Part shown: in pieces, positions 1 to 9,548 of the stretch | Layout of the letters: every line of letters begins with the position of its first letter | How positions within the stretch are numbered: position 1 is the first letter of the stretch | Virus record (IMG/VR): IMGVR_UViG_3300032291_003663 | Coordinates: 1 to 64,000 of that record | Source: a virus | Length of the DNA stretch: 64,000 bases | Reading direction: 5' to 3' (one strand) | Notes under the pieces: generated by a model | Seen by the model: only the letters and a program-made list of their open reading frames with translations | Databases searched by the model: none | Told to the model about the DNA's origin: nothing | Position numbers and translations under genes: made by a program

Positions 1-102
1 CATGAGCGTACTCAATTCGTATTAGAGATGGCTAAGAAATATAAATTTAGAGGATTAACAAGATTACATATCTCAGCTTGGGATAAAACATTAAATGTAT
101 AA
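1..102 (+). CDS. queE: 3' end of a probable 7-carboxy-7-deazaguanine synthase (radical SAM, QueE-like), partial
   Basis: Frame 1 reads HERTQFVLEMAKKYKFRGLTRLHISAWDKTLNV*. The RLHxxxW...V ending is typical of QueE C-termini, and folE and queD lie downstream. Not in the ORF track. Confidence 0.65.
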   Translation, partial: HERTQFVLEMAKKYKFRGLTRLHISAWDKTLNV

Positions 103-742
103 TATAAAAACTATAGAGCAATTAGTTAATCATACCGAACAATCAATGTTTAATGCAATAAGCCATAAGTCTAAAATATCAGATGAGATTATAGCAATAG
201 ATGGTATGAGTAGTGTTAAATGTCGCCATTTACTTAACAATATAGCAACATTAGATGATCTAAAATATTTAGAAGTTGGATCATGGAAAGGATCTACAGC
301 AGTATCAGCATTATATTCTAATAATGTTAAAGAACATACAATTATAGAAAATTGGAAACTTGGATCGGAAGGTATTAGGGATGAATTATTTAATAATTTT
401 AACAATATATTAGGATATTCTCCTAATATTATTGAAGAAGATTGTTTTTCTTTTAATCCATTAGATAAAAATCTAAAAGACATAGATGTATACTTTTATG
501 ATGGAGAACATGAGGAAATAGATCAATACTTAGCAATCACACATTATTATGATTCTCTAGCAGATAATTTTATTTTAATAGTAGATGATACAAATTATCC
601 TCCCGTTCTTCAAGGTACTTTTAGAGCAATACATGATAAAAAATTGAAAATTAATTATCATAGAACATTATTTGCTACACATAATGGGGATGTTTTTAAT
701 TTCTGGAATGGGCTATATATAGCTGTGTTATCTAAACAATAA
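95..742 (+). CDS. Class I SAM-dependent methyltransferase (Methyltransf_24-like)
   Basis: YLEVGSWKGST motif I; DVYFYDGEH; ILIVDD. Confidence 0.8.
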   Translation: MYNIKTIEQLVNHTEQSMFNAISHKSKISDEIIAIDGMSSVKCRHLLNNIATLDDLKYLEVGSWKGSTAVSALYSNNVKEHTIIENWKLGSEGIRDELFNNFNNILGYSPNIIEEDCFSFNPLDKNLKDIDVYFYDGEHEEIDQYLAITHYYDSLADNFILIVDDTNYPPVLQGTFRAIHDKKLKINYHRTLFATHNGDVFNFWNGLYIAVLSKQ

Positions 743-747
743 GTATT

Positions 748-1578
748 ATGAAAAGTGTATGTATTTTAGTTTATACTAATGAAACTAATATCCCAATATT
801 AGAATTATTCTTAAAGTATTTATTTAAATACAATACAGATTTTAATATTCCAATATATGTTGCTGCTAATAGTTTTACTAAAAAAGAATTACCATATAGT
901 GATAAAGTTACCTACTTAAGTGGTAACGTATCTTTTCATGATAATGGAGGACATTTTTCACAAACATTAAGTAATATTCTCCCTCAAATTAACGAAGATT
1001 ATATATTTTACTTTTGTGACGATTATTTATTAACTAATCCTATAGACATTAGTGGATTGGAAAATCTACTTAAATTAATACAAGATGAAAATGTAGATAT
1101 GTTTACATTTGGATCTATATGTCCTATTAATCATAATTTTATTCCTATTTTAGTAAATTCATCTAAATATGAGTTTGAATCTACTATTTTTTATCAAGTA
1201 GATAATCAATATAGACATGCTTTCAATGTTCAACCTTGTATTTGGACAAAAACATCATTACAACAATTATTATTAGATAATCCTGAAATTAGTCTTCATG
1301 ATCTTGATAACTCTATATTAGAAAATAAAGATCATTATAAAATAATTTGTACTAATTATAAAATATATGATGTTTGTTGCCCTCCTGAATACTTTATTAT
1401 AGGATACATAGAAATAATAAGGCATGGTGCTTTTTTAATGACTTTAAATGGACATGATCATCTAGATAAAACATATCAAAATGATTTTTTAAAACAGCTT
1501 ATTAAAGAAAATAATTTACATAATAAACCTGAATATGATAGATATATCTGTTTTGATAAAAGTTTAATTACATGGTAA
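748..1578 (+). CDS. Putative GT-A fold glycosyltransferase
   Basis: YIFYFCDDY DxD-like motif; QPCIW; glycan gene context. Confidence 0.55.
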   Translation: MKSVCILVYTNETNIPILELFLKYLFKYNTDFNIPIYVAANSFTKKELPYSDKVTYLSGNVSFHDNGGHFSQTLSNILPQINEDYIFYFCDDYLLTNPIDISGLENLLKLIQDENVDMFTFGSICPINHNFIPILVNSSKYEFESTIFYQVDNQYRHAFNVQPCIWTKTSLQQLLLDNPEISLHDLDNSILENKDHYKIICTNYKIYDVCCPPEYFIIGYIEIIRHGAFLMTLNGHDHLDKTYQNDFLKQLIKENNLHNKPEYDRYICFDKSLITW

Positions 1579-2948
1579 AGTTAATTATATTTGATATGGA
1601 TGGTGTGTTGGTTGAAGCTAAACAAATACACTTTGATGCTTTAAATCAAGCACTAAGAGAAATTGGTAGAAGTGAAAAGTATGTTATTAGTGAAACAGAA
1701 CATTTATCGATTTATGATGGCTTAAAAACATCTCAAAAATTAGAATTACTTACTCAAAATAAAGGATTACATCCAAACACATATGAAACTATTTGGAATA
1801 GAAAACAACATCTAACAATAGAGGCTTTAAAGCAACTAAAACCAAATCTAACGCTACAGTCAGTATTTAATGCTCTAGTAGAAGATGGATATAAAATCGC
1901 CATATGTTCAAATAGTGTTCGTAAAACAGTATTAACAGTACTATCTAAATTAGGTATTATTGAGTTTATTGACTTGATTTTATCAAATGAGGATGTAAAA
2001 AATAGCAAACCACATCCCGAAATGTATTGGACGGCAATAAGTATTTTAAGTATACTTCCTGAAGAAACATTGATTATAGAAGATAGTCCCCATGGATTAC
2101 TTGCAGCACATAGAAGTTGTGCTCACACAATGAGAGTAAGAAATCCTCATGATGTTACTTATACTAAAATTGCATTGAAATTATTTGAAATAGAAAACGG
2201 TATAGATATTATTACCAATAAGTGGAAAGATGAAAAACTAAATATATTAATACCAATGGCTGGTGCTGGTTCTAGATTTGAACAAGCGGGTTACACATTT
2301 CCAAAACCACTCATTGATGTTAACGGGAAACCAATGATTCAAGTAGTAGTTGAAAATTTAAATATAGATGCTAATTATATTTATATTGTACAAAAGAAAC
2401 ATCGTGAAAAGTATAACTTAGATACACTACTTAATCTAATAACGCCAAATTGCAAAATAGTAGAAGTAGATGGTATTACAGAAGGAGCAGCTTGTACAGC
2501 CTTACAAGCTAAAAAATATATTAATAATGACGCACCTCTATTCTTTGCAAACTTGGACCAATTTGTAGAATGGGATTCAAATGAATTCATGTACAAAATG
2601 CAAGAAACAGATGCTGATGGAGGTATTGTAACATTTAAAGCAACTCATCCTAAATGGTCATTTGTTAAGTTAGATAAAAATGGATTAGTAACTGAAGTAG
2701 CTGAAAAAAATCCAATATCGGATAACGCAACAGTAGGATTTTATTATTGGAAACAAGGTTCTGATTTTATCAAGTACGCTGAACAAATGATTGTGAATAA
2801 TATTCGTGTAAACAATGAATTTTATGTATGTCCTGTATTTAATGAAGCAATAAATGATAATAAAGATATACTTGCATTTAATATAAAGAAAATGTGGGGA
2901 CTAGGAACCCCAGAGGATTTACGTTATTTTATAGAAAATAAAAAATAA
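1572..2948 (+). CDS. HAD phosphatase fused to a sugar-phosphate nucleotidyltransferase
   Basis: N-terminal FDMDGVL...KPHPE...IEDS (HAD); C-terminal IPMAGAGSRF...PKPLI (NTP_transferase). Confidence 0.85.
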   Translation: MVKLIIFDMDGVLVEAKQIHFDALNQALREIGRSEKYVISETEHLSIYDGLKTSQKLELLTQNKGLHPNTYETIWNRKQHLTIEALKQLKPNLTLQSVFNALVEDGYKIAICSNSVRKTVLTVLSKLGIIEFIDLILSNEDVKNSKPHPEMYWTAISILSILPEETLIIEDSPHGLLAAHRSCAHTMRVRNPHDVTYTKIALKLFEIENGIDIITNKWKDEKLNILIPMAGAGSRFEQAGYTFPKPLIDVNGKPMIQVVVENLNIDANYIYIVQKKHREKYNLDTLLNLITPNCKIVEVDGITEGAACTALQAKKYINNDAPLFFANLDQFVEWDSNEFMYKMQETDADGGIVTFKATHPKWSFVKLDKNGLVTEVAEKNPISDNATVGFYYWKQGSDFIKYAEQMIVNNIRVNNEFYVCPVFNEAINDNKDILAFNIKKMWGLGTPEDLRYFIENKK

Positions 2949-2951
2949 ATT

Positions 2952-3290
2952 TTGAATACATTATTAGGAATATTTTATGGGTTTCTAGCCCAGATTATTA
3001 CTTTTATTCAACTACAAGGAAATATAAAATACAACTGGTACCAAAAATACCCAGCAACTATATTAGCGGTTGCTATACCAATTAGTTGGTTATTTATTAA
3101 ATCGGTAGAACATTTAGTAAAAGCATATAATGGGGAAATATGGCCAAGTCGTTTAATTGGTTTTGCTGTAGGGATTATTGTATTTGGGGTAATGAGTTAC
3201 TTTTTATTTAATGAAGCTATTACTCATAAAACAACTGTTTGCTTATTATTAGCAGCAACAATTTTAGGAATACAAATATTTTGGAAATAA
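2952..3290 (+). CDS. Small 4-TM membrane protein (SMR/DMT-like)
   Basis: Four hydrophobic segments in 112 aa; TTG start. Confidence 0.5.
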   Translation: MNTLLGIFYGFLAQIITFIQLQGNIKYNWYQKYPATILAVAIPISWLFIKSVEHLVKAYNGEIWPSRLIGFAVGIIVFGVMSYFLFNEAITHKTTVCLLLAATILGIQIFWK

Positions 3291-3303
3291 AAAAATAAAC
3301 AAT

Positions 3304-3537
3304 ATGGCAAAAGATCATTGTATTTTGTGTGGTGTAGAAACACCTTATGATATTAAAGTTCACGTTGATTTACGAATTGGTTATATTGAAGGAGCAGGAC
3401 AACTTTGTTCTAAATGCTATGATAGAGGAACTGATCATAGTTGTATTGCTGTTCCTAAGCATATAATTTATAACACACCTAATGATGCGGAATTAGGCGA
3501 AAAAATTAGGCAAATATATTGGGAAAATATATATTAA
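3304..3537 (+). CDS. Small Zn-finger protein
   Basis: CILC...CSKC. Confidence 0.55.
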   Translation: MAKDHCILCGVETPYDIKVHVDLRIGYIEGAGQLCSKCYDRGTDHSCIAVPKHIIYNTPNDAELGEKIRQIYWENIY

Positions 3538-3559
3538 ATATATTTATATACAAAACTAA

Positions 3560-4618
3560 ATGGAATTTTTAAAATATAAAAAGTTAGAAAAGCAACTTGA
3601 AACAAATAGCTTTGAATTAAATTTTAGCACTCTAGATAAAACACTATATTGGTTTTCCTTTTTAGGTAATATAGCCATTATTTACTTCTCCTACTACTTC
3701 TTTTCAGATGTCGTTAATTCTATTCCTGATCTAGCAGGGATTAAAGCAAAAATGTTTTTATTCTTTGCCGTTTTAATAATGACCGGATATGAGTTATTTA
3801 AACGATTTGCGTTTGAACAATTCATTACTAGTATATTTAAACATAAAAGATTAACAGTCGGTATAGTTGGGGGAGCATTAACCGTTATCGGATTGACATC
3901 CGGATCTTTCTATCTATCATTAAATGGTTCACATCGATGGATAGATAGAAGTATTCAAATAACTGCAAATATTGACTCTACAGCAAACCAAAAAGCAGAA
4001 TCCATAATAGTAATATACCAGCAACGTATAGAATTAAAAGAACAACAAATCCAAGCAATACAAACTAACGATGTTGATGGAGTATTGAACAACAGACAAC
4101 GTAATACCGTTAAACAATTAGAAGCTGACGTTAAATCATACGAACACGAACGAGATGAACGTATTGCTAAAACAGAAGATAAAACGGGTTTATCCACGCA
4201 GACTCAATTAGATAAAAATAAACAAAATAACACACTACTTGTTTTCTTAACATTCTTTTTAGAAATTATAGTACTAGTGGGTGTTGGATTTAGAGGATAC
4301 TATACTTTAGGGGCATACGGTGAAACTAAAGATTTATTTTCTACTCCCAAATACAAACAATTTGAAGAATCTCTTCAACTATTAGCTATATTATACGTTA
4401 GAGGTAAAAAGAAAAAGAACGATCCGTTAATGAATATAACAAAATTAAAATCCGTAGTTTCTACTCAAAAACTTGATATAAATCAAAAAACAATCAAGGA
4501 CTTCTATAATCTACTAGAAGAACTAGAAATAATTAAAGTAGAAACAAGACGCCGTAAAATATACAATACCGATTACGAAACTGCTCAAAAACTAGTGCAG
4601 CACGCGTTTATAGACTAA
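3560..4618 (+). CDS. Membrane protein with 4 TM segments and a coiled coil
   Basis: Three N-terminal TMs, a Q/E/K coiled coil, a fourth TM and a soluble C-terminus; TATTTATA at 3541. Confidence 0.6.
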   Translation: MEFLKYKKLEKQLETNSFELNFSTLDKTLYWFSFLGNIAIIYFSYYFFSDVVNSIPDLAGIKAKMFLFFAVLIMTGYELFKRFAFEQFITSIFKHKRLTVGIVGGALTVIGLTSGSFYLSLNGSHRWIDRSIQITANIDSTANQKAESIIVIYQQRIELKEQQIQAIQTNDVDGVLNNRQRNTVKQLEADVKSYEHERDERIAKTEDKTGLSTQTQLDKNKQNNTLLVFLTFFLEIIVLVGVGFRGYYTLGAYGETKDLFSTPKYKQFEESLQLLAILYVRGKKKKNDPLMNITKLKSVVSTQKLDINQKTIKDFYNLLEELEIIKVETRRRKIYNTDYETAQKLVQHAFID

Positions 4619-4640
4619 AAATTCATACATATATACTGCA

Positions 4641-4681
4641 AGGGGTTATCGCGATTGTCCTATTTATCGCCGATAACCCCT
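4641..4681 (+). promoter_or_regulatory. Strong stem-loop upstream of the lysis cassette, containing TATTTAT
   Basis: AGGGGTTATCG (4641-4651) / CGATAACCCCT (4671-4681), inner GCGAT/ATCGC; no U-tract. Confidence 0.6.
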
Positions 4682-4694
4682 AAATTATCCGTAT

Positions 4695-4934
4695 ATGAAA
4701 AAATTTTTTAGTCAATTATTTGACGACAATAACACTATTAATGAAAAAGCTGTTATTGGATTTATGGCTTTTACTATGATGTGTGTGTTTGCTATAGCAG
4801 ATGTAGTTACAGGAGCCATGAATAAACCGTTATTAGTAAATGAATTTATTTATGATTCCTTTAAAGTATTAACAATAGCTTGCTTTGGAATAGCTTCTGT
4901 AGATAAGTTTATTAATAAGAAGAAAGAAGAATAA
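4695..4934 (+). CDS. Holin-like 2-TM protein
   Basis: Two TM helices, charged C-terminus, upstream of the endolysin. Confidence 0.5.
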   Translation: MKKFFSQLFDDNNTINEKAVIGFMAFTMMCVFAIADVVTGAMNKPLLVNEFIYDSFKVLTIACFGIASVDKFINKKKEE

Positions 4935-4941
4935 ATAAATA

Positions 4942-5340
4942 ATGATGGATAGTTTAAGCAAATTTATCCCTTTATTTCTAAGTGGAGGATGGATAGTATT
5001 ACTTATTGGAGCAGCAGGAATGATCGCTAGACTTGCAACAAGCAAGAATCCTGAAGATAAAACTCTGGCACAGGTTGTTAGTAATATATCGGCCTCTATG
5101 ATTGCTTCTCTAATTGCTTGGTTCATATTAGAGCAGTTTAAAGTATCATCCATGTATAAAGCGATTGCTTATGGATTGGTAGGATTAAACTCTCCTGAGC
5201 TATTAACAGGCATAGTTAAAATATCTACAAACTTTGCTAATAACCCAGCAGACTTTATTAAAAATATAAAAACAGGTGGAGCACCACCTCAAAAAAAAAG
5301 AATAATTAAAAAACCAAAGTCACGAATCAAAAAAGGTTAA
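4942..5340 (+). CDS. Holin-like membrane protein with basic tail
   Basis: 3 TM segments, dual Met start (MMD), Lys-rich C-terminus. Confidence 0.5.
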   Translation: MMDSLSKFIPLFLSGGWIVLLIGAAGMIARLATSKNPEDKTLAQVVSNISASMIASLIAWFILEQFKVSSMYKAIAYGLVGLNSPELLTGIVKISTNFANNPADFIKNIKTGGAPPQKKRIIKKPKSRIKKG

Positions 5341-5341
5341 T

Positions 5342-6046
5342 ATGAAGAGTTCAACAATTATGATTATCCTTACAGCAATAATAATAGCTGTAGCATCATT
5401 CGGAAAGTATGTAAATGATAAAATACAAGTATCCGCTACTACAATTTTAGAAGACAGATTAAAACCAGGACCCCTTTTATCACATAGGTTTGATTACTAC
5501 GGAACCTACATCAGTAGTGCTTTATCTACCAGCATTATTAATGTAGATACGCTACTTGCTCATAAGGATGAGATAATGGAAGTAAGAGAGCAAACAGGTA
5601 AAGAATGGAAAGCTTATCTTTCCACATACTTAGTTCCTGAAGAAGACTCAGTTGCTAAGTTAGCCGATAAGCAAATGGTTGACATTGATGAAAAACTTGA
5701 TGATATATTTAAGTTAGCTGAAATTGATAAAATAGGCGCTCAAAAATTATTAGAACAAAGCAATATCAAAGAAGAGTTACTATCAGTAACAGACAGGATT
5801 AACTGGTTAACAGATCTACAGTCTAGAATTGGTCAAGAAGAAACAGTTAAGATGCTATCACTTATCCGAGTATTCGATAACTTTATGATTGGTTGTTTAG
5901 CATTATCCATAATGTTAAGTGGATCAATATTCTATTCAGCTATAAGAGATAGAAAAAAAGCCCAACCTGTAAAAAAATTAACTAAAAAGACTAATAAAAA
6001 ACCTGTAACAAAAAAGAAACCAATTAAGAAATCAACAAGAAGATAA
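5342..6046 (+). CDS. TM-four-helix-bundle-TM protein (4HB_MCP-like sensory module) with Lys-rich tail
   Basis: TM1 then TILEDRLKP (the EDRLxP signature of 4HB_MCP domains), YLSTYLVPEE helix, TM2, no signalling domain. Confidence 0.55.
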   Translation: MKSSTIMIILTAIIIAVASFGKYVNDKIQVSATTILEDRLKPGPLLSHRFDYYGTYISSALSTSIINVDTLLAHKDEIMEVREQTGKEWKAYLSTYLVPEEDSVAKLADKQMVDIDEKLDDIFKLAEIDKIGAQKLLEQSNIKEELLSVTDRINWLTDLQSRIGQEETVKMLSLIRVFDNFMIGCLALSIMLSGSIFYSAIRDRKKAQPVKKLTKKTNKKPVTKKKPIKKSTRR

Positions 6047-6053
6047 ATTAAAA

Positions 6054-6509
6054 ATGAAAAAAATTATAACAATATTATTATTATTAATAGCTTCATCAGT
6101 ATATAGTCAAAAAAATTATATATCTGCCGGTACTGGGTTATTTTTTAATTCTCCTATTAAAGATTGGAAAAATACATTTGGTGGAGCTATAGAATATGGT
6201 AGATATTTTAAATCAGGAATATCAGTAGGAGTTAATTTTGGATATTGGTCACTGTTAAAAGGATACGAATATAATGGAACCAAAGTAACATTCCCAATAT
6301 ATAATAATGAATACTACTCATTATCATTCAGTGGTGGATTAAATTATTTCTATGCATTTAAAGATATTTTAGCTGAGTATGACTTAAATAGCAATGTATA
6401 TATTTTTAAAGATAAATCACTATCACTATCCCTAAATTACTGTAGACAAAGCGGTTTAGGGTATGATAAAGCAGAAAGTTTTAATTTTGGAATTAATAAA
6501 GATTTTTAA
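6054..6509 (+). CDS. Small outer-membrane beta-barrel protein
   Basis: Signal peptide cleaved at VYS/Q, alternating aromatic beta-strands, C-terminal FNFGINKDF. Confidence 0.65.
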   Translation: MKKIITILLLLIASSVYSQKNYISAGTGLFFNSPIKDWKNTFGGAIEYGRYFKSGISVGVNFGYWSLLKGYEYNGTKVTFPIYNNEYYSLSFSGGLNYFYAFKDILAEYDLNSNVYIFKDKSLSLSLNYCRQSGLGYDKAESFNFGINKDF

Positions 6510-6525
6510 TAAAAAAAAATAAAGT

Positions 6526-7128
6526 ATGAACTTAGAAAAATTAAAAGGGCATATCCCTGATATTGTAATTGCTCAACTTCCTGATACAATTGCTAAGTTT
6601 GAGCTAAATACATCATTGCGTTTAGCTCATTTTCTGGCTCAAGCAGGACATGAATCAGGTGGATTTAAATTAGTAAATGAAAATTTAAACTATGGAGCTA
6701 AGGGTTTAACAAGTATATTTAAAAAATATTTTCCAACAAATGAAACGGCTCTTCTATATGAAAGAAAACCTGAAAAAATTGCTAATATTGTGTATGCAAG
6801 TCGTATGGGTAATAGTGATAAAGCCTCTGGTGATGGTTGGAAGTATCGTGGCCGTGGTTATATTCAGCTTACTGGTAAAGATAATTATAAAGCTTTCGAT
6901 GCTGTTGTTACCGAAAACATAACTGATAATCCTGATTTAGTAGCAACTAAATATCCATTATTATCAGCTGCTTGGTTTTTTCATAAAAATAGCTTACATA
7001 AAATTGCGGATGAAGGTGCTACGGACGCAGTTGTTACTAAAGTAACTAAGCGTGTTAATGGTGGTACTATTGGATTAGAAGATCGTATTAAGCATTTTAA
7101 AGAATATTATAGCTTATTAAACGTTTAA
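6526..7128 (+). CDS. Glycoside hydrolase family 19 endolysin
   Basis: AHFLAQAGHESGG, ENLNY, YRGRGYIQLTGKDNY, SAAWFF, VNGGTIGLEDR. Confidence 0.92.
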   Translation: MNLEKLKGHIPDIVIAQLPDTIAKFELNTSLRLAHFLAQAGHESGGFKLVNENLNYGAKGLTSIFKKYFPTNETALLYERKPEKIANIVYASRMGNSDKASGDGWKYRGRGYIQLTGKDNYKAFDAVVTENITDNPDLVATKYPLLSAAWFFHKNSLHKIADEGATDAVVTKVTKRVNGGTIGLEDRIKHFKEYYSLLNV

Positions 7129-7138
7129 ATTATATAAC

Positions 7139-7429
7139 ATGAAAAAGTTATTATTATTACTAACTATTGTTTTGTTTGGATGTACAACTACTAAATACGT
7201 TTATGTTAATCCAAAAGATTCAACTAATTTAATTGAGATTAAAAAACGGATTATTTATGAGGACATTTATACACCTCGTATTAATCCGTTTTACAATTAT
7301 TATTGGAACCCCTATAGAGAACCGTATTATTATTATCCAAGATTTCAAAGACCAAATTATGGTCCACCACCTCGTCCCCCAAGAATAGGTAATACTCCTA
7401 TTAGAAGATTTAATGGAGGGCATAGATAA
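7139..7429 (+). CDS. Pro/Tyr-rich lipoprotein (o-spanin-like candidate)
   Basis: Lipobox LFGC; Pro-rich C-terminus; directly after the endolysin. Confidence 0.55.
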   Translation: MKKLLLLLTIVLFGCTTTKYVYVNPKDSTNLIEIKKRIIYEDIYTPRINPFYNYYWNPYREPYYYYPRFQRPNYGPPPRPPRIGNTPIRRFNGGHR

Positions 7430-7431
7430 AT

Positions 7432-7462
7432 TTTGAAAACCCATTAAGGGTTTGTATATTTA
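7432..7462 (+). promoter_or_regulatory. Class-1 (early-type) promoter for the folE cluster
   Basis: TTTG-N19-TATATTTA with AAACC in the spacer; the motif recurs about 30 times. Confidence 0.7.
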
Positions 7463-7485
7463 GTTATAAAAAATAGTTACATAAA

Positions 7486-8214
7486 ATGGAAAACAAAAGA
7501 AGAACAATCGCCGACATTAAGGCGTTAGAAACAGCCACACCCGGCTTTGCAAATGGTATGTCACTTCAATTGCAATCACGTATTGAAGATGGTTTTAATC
7601 GCTCTCTTACAGATGATGAAAAATGGCTTATTGTAGGTGAAGCTGAAACTGCATATGGCAAATTTCTTGATGCTTTAGGTGTTGATTGGAGAAATGATCC
7701 AAACAGTATGGAAACACCTCGCCGTGTAGCTAAAGCATACGTATTTGACCTTTGGAAAGGCAGATATGAGTTACCAACTGATATTACATCATTCCCAAGT
7801 GACGGTTATGAAGGAATTGTATTAGAAAGAGATATTCCTATCGTTAGTATGTGTTCACACCACCATCAAGCAATTTTAGGTAAAGCACACGTTGCTTATA
7901 TACCTGGTAAAGAAGGTAAAGTAGTTGGTTTAAGTAAATTAAATCGTATTGTAGAGCATTTTGCTCGTAGAGGTGCTATCCAAGAACAACTCACAGTCGC
8001 TATTCATAATGCTGTAAATACAGTTTGTGAAGATAATGTTGGTGTAATGGTATTAGTACATTCATTCCACAATTGCGTTAGTTGTCGTGGTGTAAAACAC
8101 TTTGGTGCTAGTATGGTTACAAGTGAAGTATCAGGCGTATTTGCTGATCATAGTAGAACAGCTAAAGCTGAAGTACTTGAAATGCTTAAATTAGGAATGG
8201 AGGGATATAGATAA
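7486..8214 (+). CDS. folE: GTP cyclohydrolase I
   Basis: ETPRRVAK, SMCSHHH, GLSKLNRIV, RGAIQEQLT, HNCVSCRGV. Confidence 0.95.
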   Translation: MENKRRTIADIKALETATPGFANGMSLQLQSRIEDGFNRSLTDDEKWLIVGEAETAYGKFLDALGVDWRNDPNSMETPRRVAKAYVFDLWKGRYELPTDITSFPSDGYEGIVLERDIPIVSMCSHHHQAILGKAHVAYIPGKEGKVVGLSKLNRIVEHFARRGAIQEQLTVAIHNAVNTVCEDNVGVMVLVHSFHNCVSCRGVKHFGASMVTSEVSGVFADHSRTAKAEVLEMLKLGMEGYR

Positions 8215-8630
8215 TGAAAAAAACATACCTAAAATGGAAAGATATTGACAAAGCTACTGATAATTTAGCTAAGCAGATTATTAAGAGTAAACTTGAAATA
8301 GATGTTATACATGGATGTCCTAGAGGAGGATTAATACCTGCCGTTATGCTATCACATAAATTAGGAATACCTTTTTTAAAAGAAGATGACGGCGAAGACC
8401 CAATGTATAAAAATATTCTAATAGTAGACGATATATGTGACACAGGAGAAACACTATCTCAATATAGTGAATTCCCCTCAGTACTAACAGCTACTCTCCA
8501 CTATAAACCAACCGCTATGTTTAAACCAGATTTCTACTATAATTTAGCTAAAGAAGATGTATGGTACTGTTACCCTTGGGAGAATAAAGATTCACAAACA
8601 ATACCAGATTATGCAACAGAAAGAAAGTAA
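8214..8630 (+). CDS. Type I phosphoribosyltransferase (xanthine/guanine PRT-like)
   Basis: PRGGLIPA; PRPP-binding loop ILIVDDICDTGET; WYCYPWE. Confidence 0.88.
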   Translation: MKKTYLKWKDIDKATDNLAKQIIKSKLEIDVIHGCPRGGLIPAVMLSHKLGIPFLKEDDGEDPMYKNILIVDDICDTGETLSQYSEFPSVLTATLHYKPTAMFKPDFYYNLAKEDVWYCYPWENKDSQTIPDYATERK

Positions 8631-8772
8631 AACAAATTGGCATTTTAGAATTAGTTTAATGAAATCATGTCTTCGAATAGTAGCTGGAGTTACTTTAATT
8701 AGAGGTGAGTTATACATAGCGGGTGCTTTGCTTATAATAGCAGAATTACTTGGGATAGCAGAAGAATTTTAA
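8611..8772 (+). CDS. Small membrane protein (53 aa)
   Basis: ATG at 8611 is more plausible than the track's 8557; two hydrophobic helices. Confidence 0.55.
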   Translation: MQQKESKTNWHFRISLMKSCLRIVAGVTLIRGELYIAGALLIIAELLGIAEEF

Positions 8773-8784
8773 TATTTATTCCAT

Positions 8785-9195
8785 ATGGCATACTCAGATA
8801 AAGTAATAGATCATTATTCTAACCCTAAAAACGTAGGGACTCTAGATAAATCTAAATTAAATGTTGGAACCGGACTAGTTGGAGCACCTGAGTGCGGTGA
8901 TGTAATGCGTTTACAAATTGAAGTAGAAAATAATATCATCATTGATGCTAAATTTAAAACATTTGGATGTGGATCCGCTATTGCTGCTTCTTCATTAGCA
9001 ACTGAATGGTTAAAAGGTATGACAATAGATGAAGCTATTAAAATGGATAATATGGAATTAGTTGAAGAATTAAATCTTCCACCTGTAAAAATCCACTGTT
9101 CTGTATTAGCAGAAGATGCTATAAAAGCAGCTATCAATGATTACAGGGTAAAAAACGGACAACAAGAATTAATATTCGAAGCTTCACACGTGTAG
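8785..9195 (+). CDS. iscU: Fe-S cluster scaffold IscU
   Basis: YSDKVIDHY..P.NVG, APECGD, FGCGSAIA, LPPVKIHC. Confidence 0.95.
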   Translation: MAYSDKVIDHYSNPKNVGTLDKSKLNVGTGLVGAPECGDVMRLQIEVENNIIIDAKFKTFGCGSAIAASSLATEWLKGMTIDEAIKMDNMELVEELNLPPVKIHCSVLAEDAIKAAINDYRVKNGQQELIFEASHV

Positions 9196-9206
9196 AATCA
9201 AAAACC

Positions 9207-9539
9207 ATGGTAACAGTAAGTAGTAAGGCATTAGATCATATTATATCTTTAATGATGGAAAAAGATATTACCCCCGATACACATAATTTAAGAGTAGGTG
9301 TAAAGGGTGGAGGATGTAGTGGTTTATCTTATGTAATGGATTTTGATGATAAAATAGATCCCCTAGATGAAGTAGTTAAAACAGAAGCTGGATTAAAAAT
9401 TTTGATAGACAAAAAATCGGTCTTATATTTATTTGGCACTGAATTAGATTTTAGTGATGGACTAAATGGAAAAGGATTTCAATTTATTAATCCAAATGCT
9501 TCACGAACATGTGGTTGCGGTGAATCATTTGCAGTATAA
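9207..9539 (+). CDS. iscA: A-type Fe-S carrier IscA/HesB
   Basis: GGGCSGLSY and CGCGESF. Confidence 0.95.
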   Translation: MVTVSSKALDHIISLMMEKDITPDTHNLRVGVKGGGCSGLSYVMDFDDKIDPLDEVVKTEAGLKILIDKKSVLYLFGTELDFSDGLNGKGFQFINPNASRTCGCGESFAV

Positions 9540-9548
9540 ATCTACAAT

